Assembly: GCA_032718475.1 (NCBI GenBank)
Contig: JAUCBJ010006988.1
Coordinates: forward strand, 146,075 to 210,074
Direction: 5' to 3'
DNA length: 64,000 bases
Source of the DNA: Nemertoderma westbladi
Lineage: Eukaryota > Animalia > Xenacoelomorpha
Below the pieces are notes generated by a model. The model searched no databases. It had not been told where the DNA came from and saw nothing but the letters and a program-made list of their open reading frames with translations. A program made the position numbers and the translations under genes. Of the stretch, positions 13,270-26,292 are shown piece by piece; the stretch's first letter is position 1; every line of letters begins with the position of its first letter.

Positions 13270-15143
13270 CGACGGCTGGAGTGGGTGTGTGACTATATTA
13301 TTTTATATTTTTATTATTTTATATTTATGCATGTATTATTATGTAATTTTATTATAATCATTTTCTTTAATTTTATTTAGTAGAATGTTATTTTAGCGAT
13401 TATTTAGTAGATTAGTGCAATATATATTCGCGTTTATTACTTAATTACTTATATATTATATATTTAGTGCGACGGCGAGAAATAATTATTTTTCTCTTTC
13501 CTTACTGTCCGTATTACATTACAAATACGTGACTACAGTAAGATGAAATATCCGTACTTATTAAAGTACAATAAAGCTCCTACTATATTCAAGTATTATT
13601 GGTAAAGTAGAGTATTAGGAATGCAAAATTCAGATCCTCGTGTCTCGGCTAAACCAAGCTTTGGGTAGACCTTGGAAACGACTTGCCTCTTCTCACTGAC
13701 ATTGCTTCGTGCGATATTGCTCTCATACCGTATATTAAATAATACATATAGTAGCGTGATGTCCCTTTAACAGTAGCGTACAACGCAAATAAATCTGTTA
13801 AACCCTTTGACCATCTGTAATTCTAGTCGATTAAGATATCGCGGCACCCACCGATATACTTGAAAGACAAATTTCTAGAATCAGTGGTTAATGTCCCCAG
13901 ACAAGTTCTGGAATAAACTGGTGCCCATCTTAAATATTAATTATTAATATTTATAAACTCTGTCAAATTTCAGATCCTTTAAAATTCTAGTCAATTAAGA
14001 TATCGTAGCACTTACCGATACTCTTAAAAGGACAAATTTCCTAGAATCAAGGATCCCAGTCCCCAGACATGCTCTGGAATAAAATTGTGTCTATTTAATA
14101 TTAAATAATAAAATTTACGGGAATAAATTTAAATTCATATCTTTTAATGAATTTGATAAATTGTCATTTTTATGCAATTTAAAACATTCCCAAAATTCCA
14201 TTAATTAATAGATCATGGGAGCGGAGATTCACTCTATTAAGTGTATTAGTGTGCGAGAATCTCCAATATATAGTCAATAGCCGATAAAATTCATAAATCA
14301 TGTATAAAGGGGATATTGACAATTAAAGAATTACTATTAAATAGCATCCCAGATCTGTATGCATGAGAATTACCCTAATTCTACCGCTAGCTTTCCATAA
14401 TGTCACCATAGCAACAACCATGCTAGAATTAGAAGTGAGTTAAAAGAACAATAGAAAGCTTGACCCATTGAATAGCATAGGGAATAAATAGCACACTGCT
14501 AGTATCCAAGGATACATAATAATAACGTGGCATTCTGGAAGGCACTTGACTAACGGACAAATGGCCCGAATGTGTACAATTTGTGACAGTTATGTGGAAT
14601 TTGTGCGTTTATAGATGAATGTTACTACTAAAGTGTGTTTACAGTAGCGAGTCGCAATTGTGAAAGTAACCCTAACTCTGCAGCAAGAACCTGAAGTAAA
14701 TCAAAGCCTTTGGGACGGACAGTGGAGTGACTTGTGCCGGTTATCGTTGTCGTTGTGTAGCTACTACGTTGGCGAAAGCACAGCGACGACGGTACATCGG
14801 CGCTGAGGATCTTGCACTTTCCGGGGGCAGAGAGGGGTAGGCAGCGATTTTTTCTAATTTTTCCCGCCAGAAAACACATTGGCAATTATTTTCGGAAAAT
14901 TGTTATTTTCGTAGGTTTCGAAATATGGGCTACAAGATAGGATATGTTTCAAACCACTAAAACAAACTCAATTTTCTAGTATTGTGGCTACCCCTGATTC
15001 CCGTTTACTGCTTTGGTTATGGCAATGTAACTAGCTCCTTTTCCATAATTGGTTGATTCTAGACAGTTACTTGTGGATGTAATTCCTAACTGCGTAATCC
15101 TTCAAACCGCGTTCGATATGAAATCAGCCAACAATAATACTTA

Positions 15144-15375
15144 GGCGGGGTAGCTCAATTGGTTCTCATTGAGCGCTGGGCCTGCAATCTAATGGTTGTA
15201 GGTTCAGCCCCGCCGGGGTCCACTCAGCCTTTCATCAACTGGGGTCGATAAAATCAGTACCATTTAAATTACTGGGAGCAAATCATGGTCGATAGCAGTA
15301 GCGCCCACCCCTACCCTCGGGTAGCAGCTATCGAAAGAGGAGCCTTAGGGTAGCCTCCGGCCGACTGTTTGCTTT
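15144..15375 (+). mobile_element. tRNA-derived SINE with Deu/Nin-domain-like core
   Basis: A-box TAGCTCAATTGG and B-box-like GGTTCAGCCC, followed by CCACTCAGCCTTTCATC..GGGGTCGATAAAATCAGTACC, which resembles the conserved Deu/Nin SINE core as I recall it. Confidence 0.7.
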
Positions 15376-16570
15376 TAAAGATTTTGGTATCAAAATTAAA
15401 TTTTGTGAAACTTTAATATTGTTATAGTGAGTCAAGAAATAGACGTGCCATTAAAATTTCATATTGTAGTAAAGGAATTTGACAAACATTTAATAAATTT
15501 AATGATTGTAAATAAATCTTAGAACAGAACAGTTAATTAAGCAATAACATAGTAACATCATTATTACTTTCATTGCACATTATCATAAAATAATTATTAC
15601 GTATTGATAGGCCTAATACAGTATACTAATACAATATTAAACTTTCCATGCGCGTCTATAAGAAAAAAATAAAATATATTTAGTTTAAGTACAGTTTCAG
15701 TTCTGTCAGTCAATGTACCACCCCAGTCTGTGTACCACCCCGTCGGTGCACCACCCCAGATGGTCTACCACACAAGTTTTTGTATCACACCGAACACCAG
15801 TGTTTCGGTACACACCGGAATACTAGTACACTAGTAGTTGTACCAACCAGTCACACCATTGGTTGTACAGCATCAAGAAACCGGTAGCTGTGTTCCACAC
15901 CAGTTTCTGTACCAAAGCCGCCATTGTACAACATCAGTAACTGTACGGGAATTGGTACCAGGCGTTGTACCACACCAATAGTTGAACCAAAACCAAACCA
16001 ATATTAGTACCAAATATACCAGTATAAATGTCAAAAGGGCTGCAACTTGTAAATAGTAATTATAGGTGTCGACCTATCCTTATTTCGCCACGGGGTGTGG
16101 GAATTTTCAGGAACATTTTCTCTGACACTTGAACGGAACCGCCTCCGCTTTGCAGAACATTGCTTTTGCCGCGAGGATCAGCTCACGGACCAGACCAGAT
16201 AATCTTGTGTTTTGGCGGCCTCATGGAATGAATAAGCAAAGCGGACGGCTCTCCTGGCCTTGAAGATGCGGATGATCTTGCAAATGTCATAGGAGTTGTG
16301 GCGGCGTAATTTTGTCGACAAGGCGGCATAGCATTCTTAATATATATATAAATATGCAATATATATAATGCAGCTGCAATGCAGCATGCCGATAGCCGTA
16401 CTAGTCTTAGTAGTAGGCACATTTTACAATATCAGATAGTGTCGTAGTTTTTGTTAATTTCAGTGTTTCATGATTTCCTAAAGTAACACTGAAACCTGTT
16501 CTAATTGTCTTTAGATTAGATTTAGATATTAATATTAAGCAGGCGCAAAACTTGGGATATGAGTAGCTTG

Positions 16571-19500
16571 GTCACAGTCTAGTCACCTACGTTCATTCCA
16601 CCTACGTCACAGCACAGTCCACATACGTCACAGCCCAGTCTGCATAAGTCACAGCCCAGTCCACCTAGGTCACAGTCAAGTCTGCCTACGTCACAGCCCA
16701 TTCCACCTACGTCACAGCCCAGTCCATCTACGTCACAGCCTAGTCCACCTAGGTCACAGCCAAGTCTGCCTACGTCACTGCCCATTCCACCTACGTCTCA
16801 GCCCAGTCCACCTAGGTCACAGCCAAGTCTGCCAACGTCACAGCCCATTCCACCTACGTCACAGCCCATTCCACCTACATCACAGCCCAGTCCGCCTACG
16901 TCACAGCCCAGTCCACCTACGTCACAGCCCAGTCTGCATAAGTCACAGCCCAGTCCACCTAGGTCACAGTCAAGTCTGCCTACGTCACAGCCCATTCCAC
17001 CTACGTCACAGCAGCCCAGTCCATCTACGTCACAGCCTAGTCCACCTAGGTCACAGCCAAGTCTGCCTACGTAACAGCCCATTCCACCTACGTCTCGGCC
17101 CAGTCCACCTAGGTCACAGCCAAGTCTGCCAACGTCACAGCCCATTCCACCTACGTCACAGCCCATTCCACCTACATCACAGCCCAGTCTGCCTAAGTCA
17201 CAGCCCAGTCCACCTAGGTCACAGCCAAGTCTGCCTACGTCACAGCCCATTCCACCTACGTCACAGCCCAGTCCACCTTGGTCACATCCAAGTCTGCCAA
17301 CGTCACAGCCCATTCACCCACGTCACAGCCCATTCCACCTACATCACAGCCCAGTCCGCCTACGTCACAGCCCAGTCCACCTACGTCACAGCCCAGTCTG
17401 CATAGTCCACCTAGGTCACAGTCAAGTCTGCCTACGTCACAACCCATTCCACCTACGTCACAGCCCAGTCCATCTACGTCACAGCCTAGTCCACCTAGGT
17501 CACAGCCAAGTCTGCCTACGTCACAGTCCATTCCACCTACGTCACAGCCCAGTCCACCTACGTCACAGCCCAGTCCACCTAGGTCACAGCCCATTCCACC
17601 TACGTCACAGCCCAGTCTACCTACGTCACAGCCCATTCCATCTACGTCACAGCCCAGTCTACCTAGGTCACAGCCAAGTCTGCCTACGTCACAGCCCATT
17701 CCACCTACGTCACAGCCCAGTCGACCTACGTCACAGCCCATTCCACCTACGTCACAGCCCAGTCTACCTAGGTCACAGCCAAGTCTGCCTACGTCACAGC
17801 CCATTCCACCTACGTCACAGCCCAGTCGACCTACGTCACAGCCCAGTCTGCCTAAGTCACAGCCCAGTCCACCTAGGTCACAGCCCATTCCACCTACATC
17901 ACAGCCCAGTCTGCCTAAGTCACAGCCCAGTCCACCTAGGTCACAGCCAAGTCTGCCTACGTCACAGCCCATTCCACCTACATCACAGCCCATTCCACCT
18001 ACGTCACAACCCAGTCCACCTACGTCACAGCCCAGTCCACCTAGGTCACAGCCCATTCCACCTACGTCACAGCCCAGTCTGCCTACGTCACAGCCCAGTC
18101 TGCCTAAGTCACAGCCCAGTCCACCTAGGTCACAGCCAAGTCTGCCTACGTCACAGCCCATTCCACCTACGTCACAGCCCAGTCTACCTAGGTCACAGCC
18201 AAGTCTGCCTACGTCACAGCCCAGTCCACCTACGTCACAGCCCAGTCCACCTAGGTCACATCCAAGTCTGCCAACGCCACAGCCCAGTCCACCTACGTCA
18301 CAGCACATTCCACGTACGTCACAGCCCAGTCCACCTAGGTCACAGCCAAGTCTGCCAACGTCACAGCCAAGTCTGCCAACGTCACAGCCCATTCCACCTA
18401 CGTCACAGCCCAGTCTGCCTACGTCACAGCCCAATCCACCTAGGTCACAGCCAAATCTGCCTATGTCACAGCCCATTCCACCTACGTCACAGCCCATTCC
18501 ACCTACGTCACAGCCCAGTCCACCTACGTCACAGCCCAGTCCACCTAGGTCACAGCCCATTCCACCTACGTCACAGCCCAGTCTGCCTACGTCACAGCCC
18601 AGTCTGCCTAAGTCACAGCCCAGTCCACCTAGGTCACAGCCAAGTCTGCCTACGTCACAGCCCATTCCACCTACGTCACAGCCCAGTCTACCTAGGTCAC
18701 AGCCAAGTCTGCCTACGTCACAGCCCATTCCACCTACGTCACAGCCCAGTCCACCTAGGTCACATCCAAGTCTGCCAACGCCACAGCCCAGTCCACCTAC
18801 GTCACAGCACATTCCACGTACGTCACAGCCCAGTCCACCTAGGTCACAGCCAAGTCTGCCAACGTCACAGCCCATTCCACCTACGTCACAGCCCAGTCTG
18901 CCTACGTCACAGCCCAATCCACCTAGGTCACAGCCAAATCTGCCTATGTCACAGCCCATTCCACCTACGTCACAGCCCATTCCACCTACGTCACAGCCCA
19001 GTCCACCTACGTCACAGCCCAGTCCACCTAGGTCACAGCCCATTCCACCTACGTCACAGCCCGTCTGCGTACGTCACAGCCCAGTCTGCCTAAGTCACAG
19101 CCCTGTCAACCTAGGTCACAGCCAAGTCTGCCTACGTCACAGCCCAATCCACCTACGTCACAGCCCAGTCTACCTAGGTCACAGCCAAGTCTGCCTACGT
19201 CACAGCCCATTCCACCTAGGTCACAGCCCAGTCGACCTACGTCACAGCCCAGTCTGCCTAAGTCACAGCCCAGTCCACCTAGGTCACAGCCAAGTCTGCC
19301 TACGTCACAGCCAATTCCACCTACGTCACAGTCCAGTCCACCTAGGTCACAGCCAAGTCTGCCTATGTCACAGCCCATTCCACCTACGTCACAGCCCAGT
19401 CTACCTACGTCACAGCCCATTCCACCTACGTCACAGCCCAGTCTACCTACGTCACAGCCCATTCCACCTACGTCACAACCCAGTCTGCCTACGTCACAGC

Positions 19501-21682
19501 CCAGTCTACCTACGTCACAGCCCATTCCATCTACGTCACAGCCCAGTCCACCTACATCACAGCCCATTCCATCTACGTCATAGCCCAGTCTACCTACGTC
19601 ACAGCCCAGTCCGCCTACGTCACAGGAGCCCAGGCTTCCTACGTCACAGCCCAGTCTACCTACGTCACAGCCAGTCCGCCAACGCCACAGCCCAGTCCAC
19701 CTACGTCACAGCACATTCCACGTACGTCACAGCCCAGTCCACCTAGGTCACAGCCAAGTCTGCCAACGTCACAGCCCATTCCACCTACGTCACAGCCCAG
19801 TCTGCCTACGTCACAGCCCAGTCCACCTAGGTCACAGCCAAGTCTGCCTATGTCACAGCCCATTCCACCTACGTCACAGCCCATTCCACCTACGTCACAG
19901 CCCAGTCCACCTACGTCACAGCCCAGTCCACCTAGGTCACAGCCCATTCCACCTACGTCACAGCCCAGTCTGCCTACGTCACAGCCCAGTCTGCCTACGT
20001 CACAGCCCAGTCTGCCTAAGTCACAGCCCTGTCCACCTAGGTCACAGCCAAGTCTGCCTACGTCACAGCCCATTCCACCTACGTCACAGCCCTGTCTACC
20101 TAGGTCACAGCCAAGTCTGCCTACGTCACAGCCCATTCCACCTACGTCACAGCCCAGTCGACCTACGTCACAGCCCAGTCTGCCTAAGTCACAGCCCAGT
20201 CCACCTAGGTCACAGCCAATTCTGCCTACGTCAAAGCCCATTCCACCTACGTCACAGTCCAGTCCACCTAGGTCACAGCCAAGTCTGCCTATGTCAGAGC
20301 CCATTCCACCTACGTCACAGCCCAGTCTACCTACGTCACAGCCCATTCAACCTACGTCACAGCCCAGTCTGCTACGTCACATCCCAGCCCAGTCCACCTA
20401 CGTCAAAGCCCATTCCACCTACGGCACAGCCCATTCCACCTACGTCACAGCCCAGTCTACCTACGTCACAGCCCATTCCACCTACGTCACAACCCAGTCT
20501 GCCTACGTCACAGCCCAGTCTACCTACGTCACAGCCCATTCCATCTACGTCATAGCCCAGTCTACCTACGTCACAGCCCAGTCCACCTACGTCACAGCCC
20601 AGTCTACCTACGTCACAGCCCAGTCCGCCAACGTCACAGCACATTCCACGTACGTCACAGCCCAGTCCACCTACGTCACAGCATATTCCACCTACGTCAC
20701 AGCCCAGTCCACCTAGGTCACAGCCCAGTGTACCTACGTCACTGCCCAGGCCGCCTACGTCACAGGAGCCCAGTCTACCTACGTCACAGTCCAGTCCACC
20801 TATGTCACAGCACATTCCACCTACGTCACAACCCAGTCCGTCTACGTCACAGCCCAGTCCACCTACGTCACAGCCCATTCCACCTACCTCACAGCCCAGT
20901 CCGCCTACGTCACAGTCCATTACATCTACGTCACAGCCCAGTCCACCTACGTCACAGCCCATTCCATCTACGTCATAGCCCAGTCCACCTACGTCACAGC
21001 CCATTCCATCTACGTCATAGCCCAGTCTACCTACGTTACAGCCCAGTCCGCCTACGTCACAGGAGCCCAGTCTTCCTACGTCACAGCCCAGTCCACCTAC
21101 GTCACAGCCCAGTCTACCTACGTCACGGCCCAGTCTGCCTACGTCACAGCCCAGTCCGCCTACGTCACAGCCCAGTCCGCCTACGTCACAGCCCAGTCCG
21201 CCTACGTCACAGCCCAGTCCACCTACGTCACAGCACATTCCACCTACGTCACAGCCCAGTCTACCTACGTCACAGCCCATTCCATCTACGTCACAGCTCT
21301 GTCTACCTACGTCACAGCCCAGTCTGTCTACGTCACAGCCCAGTCCGCCTACGTCACAGCCCAGTCCGCCTACGTCACAGCCCAGTCCACCTACATCACA
21401 GCACATTCCACCTACGTCACAGCCCAGATTACCTACGTCACAGCCCAGTCCACCTACGTCACAGCACATTCCACCTACGTCACAGCCCAGTCCACCTAGG
21501 TCATAGCCCAGTCTACCTACGTCACAGCCCAGTCCGCGTACGTCACAGGAGCCCAGTCTACCTACGTCACAGCCCAGTCCGCCTACGTCACAGCCCAGTC
21601 CACCTACGTCACATCACATTCCACCTACGTTACAGCCCAGTCTACCTACGTTACAGACCACTCTACCTACGTTACAGACCTC
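16571..21682. repeat. 21-bp satellite (cacagcccagtccacctacgt), ~240 units, with higher-order blocks
   Basis: Uninterrupted 21-bp periodicity. The diagnostic variant ccaaatctgcctatgtcaca at 18451 and 18934 gives a 483-bp (23-unit) higher-order repeat. Confidence 0.97.
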
Positions 21683-21930
21683 TGTACCATCCCCATAGCA
21701 ACGACCTGCTGCATAGGATTAATGCCCTGGTGAAGATCGGGATGTCCTACACTCCGCACATCCTGGTGTTGGTCCCTAGGGGGCGCCACACAAGGCTTAG
21801 GTATCTTCTGCAGTATGGCAGGAAGCTCTTTGCGCTCGTCCATGGGTTTCCAGATATCGTATAGAGCGAGCAATTGTTTGGTAATTGCAGCTATTTTATC
21901 CATATCGACACTGAGTTCAACGAACCAGGA
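21667..21930 (-). CDS. CCNC: Cyclin C, coding exon 2 (C-terminus and stop)
   Basis: SWFVELSVDMDKIAAITKQLLALYDIWKPMDERKELPAILQKIPKP matches the cyclin C C-terminus (WFAELSVDMEKI...LYEQWK.FDERKE). Preceded by the acceptor ttttattttattttaag at 21931; TAG at 21667-21669. Confidence 0.9.
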   Translation of the reverse strand, partial: SWFVELSVDMDKIAAITKQLLALYDIWKPMDERKELPAILQKIPKPCVAPPRDQHQDVRSVGHPDLHQGINPMQQVVAMGMVQRSVT

Positions 21931-22493
21931 CTTAAAATAAAAATAAAACATTTATAAATTGTACCAAATAAAAAGTGGGTGAGACAAAAATATAATCAGA
22001 AATTCTGATTCAAGTTGAGTGTAATTTTTATATAAATATAAATTATTTGATAAAATCTATGGTGTAATAAATTTTAATAATGTAGTATAAAGTTATGTAC
22101 AGGTATCTCTCTTTTACTTATTGCTTTAATTTTGTATTTCTAATTTAAACACCTGTATTCAGTATATATTATATTATTATTTTTTGGGATAAATATAGAA
22201 ATATTAATCGTATATAAAACAATATTATATAAATTCTTTGTAAATATAAACATCTTCGCCCAGTGGAAACAAAATAAATTTCGAAAACGCAAAGTATATC
22301 CAGGTATTTCTCAACGAAGATAAGAAGTTTTCACAGTTTGGGATCATCAATGATTATTAAGATTGGAAGAAAAATTTCTGGGCGTTTCATTTTTATAAAT
22401 ATAGTACTACATAATATTGGTATATTTATAAATAAATAATTTATCTTCCAAATTACGGTAAGTAAAGTAAGTGTAGGATTTACTGTTATATAC

Positions 22494-23171
22494 CTTTAAA
22501 TCGAACCCGGTGATGGTTGCAGAAAAATTTAGCGCAGCTAAAGCGATAAGAAACGGCGGATAAAGAAGAATGGCATCACACTTTAAGGAGTCGTTCACAA
22601 TCCTCCATGCTATCTGCATCAGTTCCGCCGGCGGTTTCGGTGAATTAGGTTGCAAATCCTGAGAAGTTTGGTTCAAATCCGATATGTAATGAAGAAGCGA
22701 CCGGTACGGCAGGTAGACTATTAAACAGCAGTCCATCACTTCAAGCAAATAGAATTCGCACTCTAGTATATGGTTAATTCGGTAAGGGAATTCGTGACCG
22801 AATATGTGTAGATATTTAGATTTTATTACGGCATTGCACGACCCTATAAGCCGAGTGTTACTAATAACTCCAAATTCTTCGACTTTAGATGCTAAAAATA
22901 AACAAGTTGGGCTGACTAATAAAGGGTCTACGTTCTTAAACAAGTTCCGTGCATAGAAACGTTTGAAGTACACTGTGCTCGTAGCTATAACCTGTTGTCG
23001 CATCTTGGAATGTTCCCCCAAGGCCTGGATAAAGTTCGCGAAGAAAATGTGGAGTTTCTGGTATTCGTCGTCGGTTACGTATTGCAGGTCGGTTTGGCGT
23101 TCTCGTAGTAAATCGTCGGAGTCCAACAGCCATTGTTCGTAATGAGAACTCTTCCAAAAGTTCCCAGCCAT
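22494..23171 (-). CDS. CCNC: Cyclin C, coding exon 1 (spliced product ~313 aa)
   Basis: MAGNFWKSSHYEQWLLD...MRQQVIATSTVYFKRFYAR...LFLASKVEEFG...ILECEFYLLEVMDCCLIVYLPYR are cyclin C hallmarks. Donor AAG|GTATAT at 22494/22493 and a phase-0 563-bp intron join it in frame to exon 2. The ORF-track tail to 22407 is intron read-through. Confidence 0.95.
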
Positions 23172-23725
23172 TACTGCATTAGCCTACAGCATTAGATCCA
23201 CAGCATTAGGCTACATAAGAGATAACCTGATAACACGAACACGAACACCTAACTGCACACGAACACCTAATGTGCAATACTGTAATATCAGAATAACCAC
23301 TGAACCAGATAAACTGACTGAACTGAGATCAGGAGATAACAGTGCAGTCTGACTGACACTGAATGAAGCCTATTGCTGTATGGTCTGATTGTTCAGCAGT
23401 TTGTTGATAGTAATACAGTAATAAATTACTATCTTTGTTATCTACTTCTGTACTTCAGTCGTCAGTACGGTACTTACCGCAGTACCGGCAACCGGTGGTA
23501 GGCATAGGCCTAATACTGTACTATTGTATTAGTACTAGCCAGACGTAGGCAGGCAGTCGGTTGATGAGGTGAGTACTCTATTACAGAAAGCTGGAAAGCG
23601 TTTGTCTTTTAATGCAGTGACCGTCTGACTGTTATTATTTGTCAGCTGTTGAGCTGAAGGCAGTATCCAATGACACAGCAGCAGAAATAATAGTACTGTA
23701 CTGGCTATTTAATCTATCCCTAATG

Positions 23726-24024
23726 GCTGGGCGCAGTGGCGAGCGCCTGTAATCCGAGCGACTTGGAGGCCGGGATTGGAGAACCGCTTGAGTTTGGGGC
23801 CCCTATCGGGTTCTGTGCTATGTCGATCGAGCGTCCGTGCTAAGCTCGGCGTCAATATGGTTGGCCTGCCGGAGGGCGGGCAGACCAGGTTGTCTAAGGA
23901 GGAGTGAACCGGCCCAGGGCGGTGACGCAGCAGGCAAAAGCCCCCACGTTGTGCAGTAGCGGGATAGCGCTTGTGAATAGGCAGGTTCGGTAGCCCAGGT
24001 AATAGAGTGGGACGCAATCCTTTT
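23726..24024 (+). ncRNA. 7SL: Signal recognition particle 7SL RNA
   Basis: 5' Alu domain GCTGGGCGCAGTGGCGAGCGCCTGTAATCC, S-domain GTCGATCGAGCGTCCGTGCTAAGCTCGGCGTCAATATGG, helix 8 GAACCGGCCCAGGGCG-GTGA-CGCAGCAGG. About 300 nt long, ending in an oligo-T run. Confidence 0.93.
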
Positions 24025-24030
24025 TTTTTT
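24021..24030 (+). terminator. RNA polymerase III oligo(T) terminator of 7SL
   Basis: T10 directly after the 7SL 3' end. Confidence 0.85.
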
Positions 24031-24411
24031 ATTTAAATCCTTTGCTTTTTGTTAACAAGCCGAACTTTGTGAATAAATAACTAATTTCTGCTATTTATTT
24101 TCTCGGGCTTTGTGAAAACTCAAACCCTTTAATAGCGATCTGATACTGTATTAGCTACATTATTTATTTTAGTTACTAAGAGATTTATATTTTATAGTAA
24201 CCAATCAACATTTAGTGCTGCACGAGTGACGTCACTCGTGCAGTTTTCTGAAACGGCCTGATTTTTCGATGTTGCTAATTTTGCGTTTTAAAATCGCTAT
24301 AACTCGGCCAATATTATTTTTTTTGAAGTAAAATTGCTCTCTGGGTTTTTTTCACATGCTCTTTCACATGAAACCAAGAAACTCAAAAAAAATTTCCGAG
24401 TCGTCTACCCC

Positions 24412-24875
24412 ATTCCCCCTAGTGGCAGACTGGAACTGTATAAAAGTCTGTCTGTGTGTAGGTTTTCTAATTAAGAAATGCTCGTAGGCTACTACTACAA
24501 ATTTTCAGATTAATCTGATGATTGGTTCTAAAATTACTGCTATTTTTATGTTTCTGTCAATTCGCCCCCCTAGCGGCAGACAGAGGAACTGTAGAAGTCT
24601 GTCTGTGTGTAGAATTTCTAAATTTTTTATAGACTACATGTGTACCAAGTTTGGTTCCATTTCATCCATGATTGACTAACTTATTAGCGTTCAAACATTC
24701 CTGCCACAAACATAGCCAGAGGCAGCCACAAACAAACAAAAGCTGCAGGAACTCAAGCGATAATTAATTAATTAATTATTAAATACTGTTTCAATTAAAT
24801 TATTTACGAAAATCTTCTTATCTCCTTTTAAATATGGACCCTGCATTCGTGGAAAATATAATATTTGATAATTCA
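24412..24875 (+). repeat. Interspersed non-autonomous repeat (inverted copy at ~50772-51228)
   Basis: cccctagcggcagac...gtgtaccaagtttggttccatttcatccatgattg...gctgcaggaactcaagcgataatt...ctgcattcgtggaaaatataatatttgataattca recurs as a reverse complement inside the insertion at 50499-53113. Confidence 0.8.
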
Positions 24876-26292
24876 AAATACATTTGGTTCCTGTATATAT
24901 CGCACGTATAGTAGCGAGCATACATTTCCCACAGCCGAGAGACTTCAGTTCTAGAATTAAGCTTTCTTAAAATCAATAAAAACAACAAATAATTTTAATT
25001 TTTTATTGCACACGTAATCAATTAATAGCCGTTGTTTGATCGACCAGATCTACAAACATATTCCTACTGTTTGTAGATTCCGAAATCACATCTCTACTAT
25101 ATGTGAATCCTGCAATATCCTACTGTAAAGTCTGTGAATCATAAAACATAAGTCCAACCTTCTCACCAAAACAGTAAACTGTAAACTGACTTGCTGACGG
25201 ACTAAACGCGCTCGTATACTTTGCCGCGGTGTGATTTATATGGGGTGGGGGTTGCTAGCTAAATATCTAACTAGCAGACGAACTGCGGCGGCGTGGACAA
25301 ATTATTTTATATATTTCGAGGTGTAAATAATTCCTAAACGCGTGTGTGTTGAACTTTATAATCGAACTTTAGTTTTGTACCCCTTCATATTATATAATTT
25401 ACTGGGTCCAGTGTGCATTTTACAAATATTCTAATTTTTGTGGTCTGTAGGTCTAATACTCACAGATGATAAGGCTCCTTCCCCCTTTGTGTATTTCCAG
25501 GACTCAAATTCAGGCATAGGGTTAGTAACTACGCCCAGAATTCGGCAATTTAAATCTACCAGGTCCCTAATACTAAGAAGAAATGTGTTAGTTTACTACA
25601 GTAGGCGTACAGTTACAATAGCTAGCCTGGTCTCCTATCTATAATTTTGGTTGCCTAGGTGGGCGTGGCAACTTCTTATCAGGATGTCGGCGGGGACACG
25701 GTAGGTGTTAGTATCCCGAATAGCCCTAATTTGTAATGCGCCTAGCACAATAAACTGCCCGACCGTCTGAACGGTACAATCTTGATTCAGGCAAGACACG
25801 GTAACTTTCTCTTGGCCTACAGACTCCAATACAAGCAATGGACACCATTGTACTACAAAATAAGCCACAAGCGCACCTATACACGGCAAATAAGTTAGGC
25901 GTATAGTTGTGATGTACCCTACCAATGTGCATGCCCCGTAATGGTGTGCCTGCATCCTATCTGTGTACCTGTATCTATTCTCTCTCTCTCTCTTTTACCC
26001 CCCGTAGGAATGTGAAGGAATACCGCGGGTTCTGCCAGAATCAAAACAGTACAGTTCCTAAAGTTAAATTTTTGGCGCACAGCGTATCACTATGTCTACC
26101 TTTGATCTTAGGTCTTACACTTAGGTAACAAGGCATCAAACGCTGTCTAACCTTTCAGGCGATGGGCGAAGAACTATGAATCGATATTGTGGGTGGTCTC
26201 CTTTCTACATTCCGCCGATGTTCTCGTTCATTGCCGCGGCCCGCTGCTTAGCCTGCCATCTGTCCCTCAGTTGGGTTCACCGTGGTGAATCA

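Larger units (their letters stand above)
2045..14847 (+). mobile_element. BEL/Pao LTR retrotransposon copy 1 (5' LTR, long leader, decayed gag-pol, 3'-truncated, no 3' LTR)
   Basis: Collinear with copy 2 from TGTAAAAGCTTTTGCGGA (2045) to ...ggcagcga (~14847), where homology stops. Gag, RT (YMDD), RNase H and integrase motifs occur in BEL/Pao order. Confidence 0.93.

Noticed and set aside
15144-15215. Functional tRNA gene
   Set aside because: The D-loop is enlarged, the anticodon and T stems pair poorly, and it runs straight into a SINE core.
16579-21864. Long mucin-like (SQPSPPT) and GCDVGGL ORFs as real genes
   Set aside because: They are by-products of a 21-bp unit that is stop-free in some frames. 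The frames shift arbitrarily, and there is no signal peptide or non-repeat domain.
22407-22493. Cyclin C C-terminus as given by the ORF track
   Set aside because: It is AT-rich intron read-through after a GT donor; the conserved C-terminus is in exon 2 at 21930-21667.
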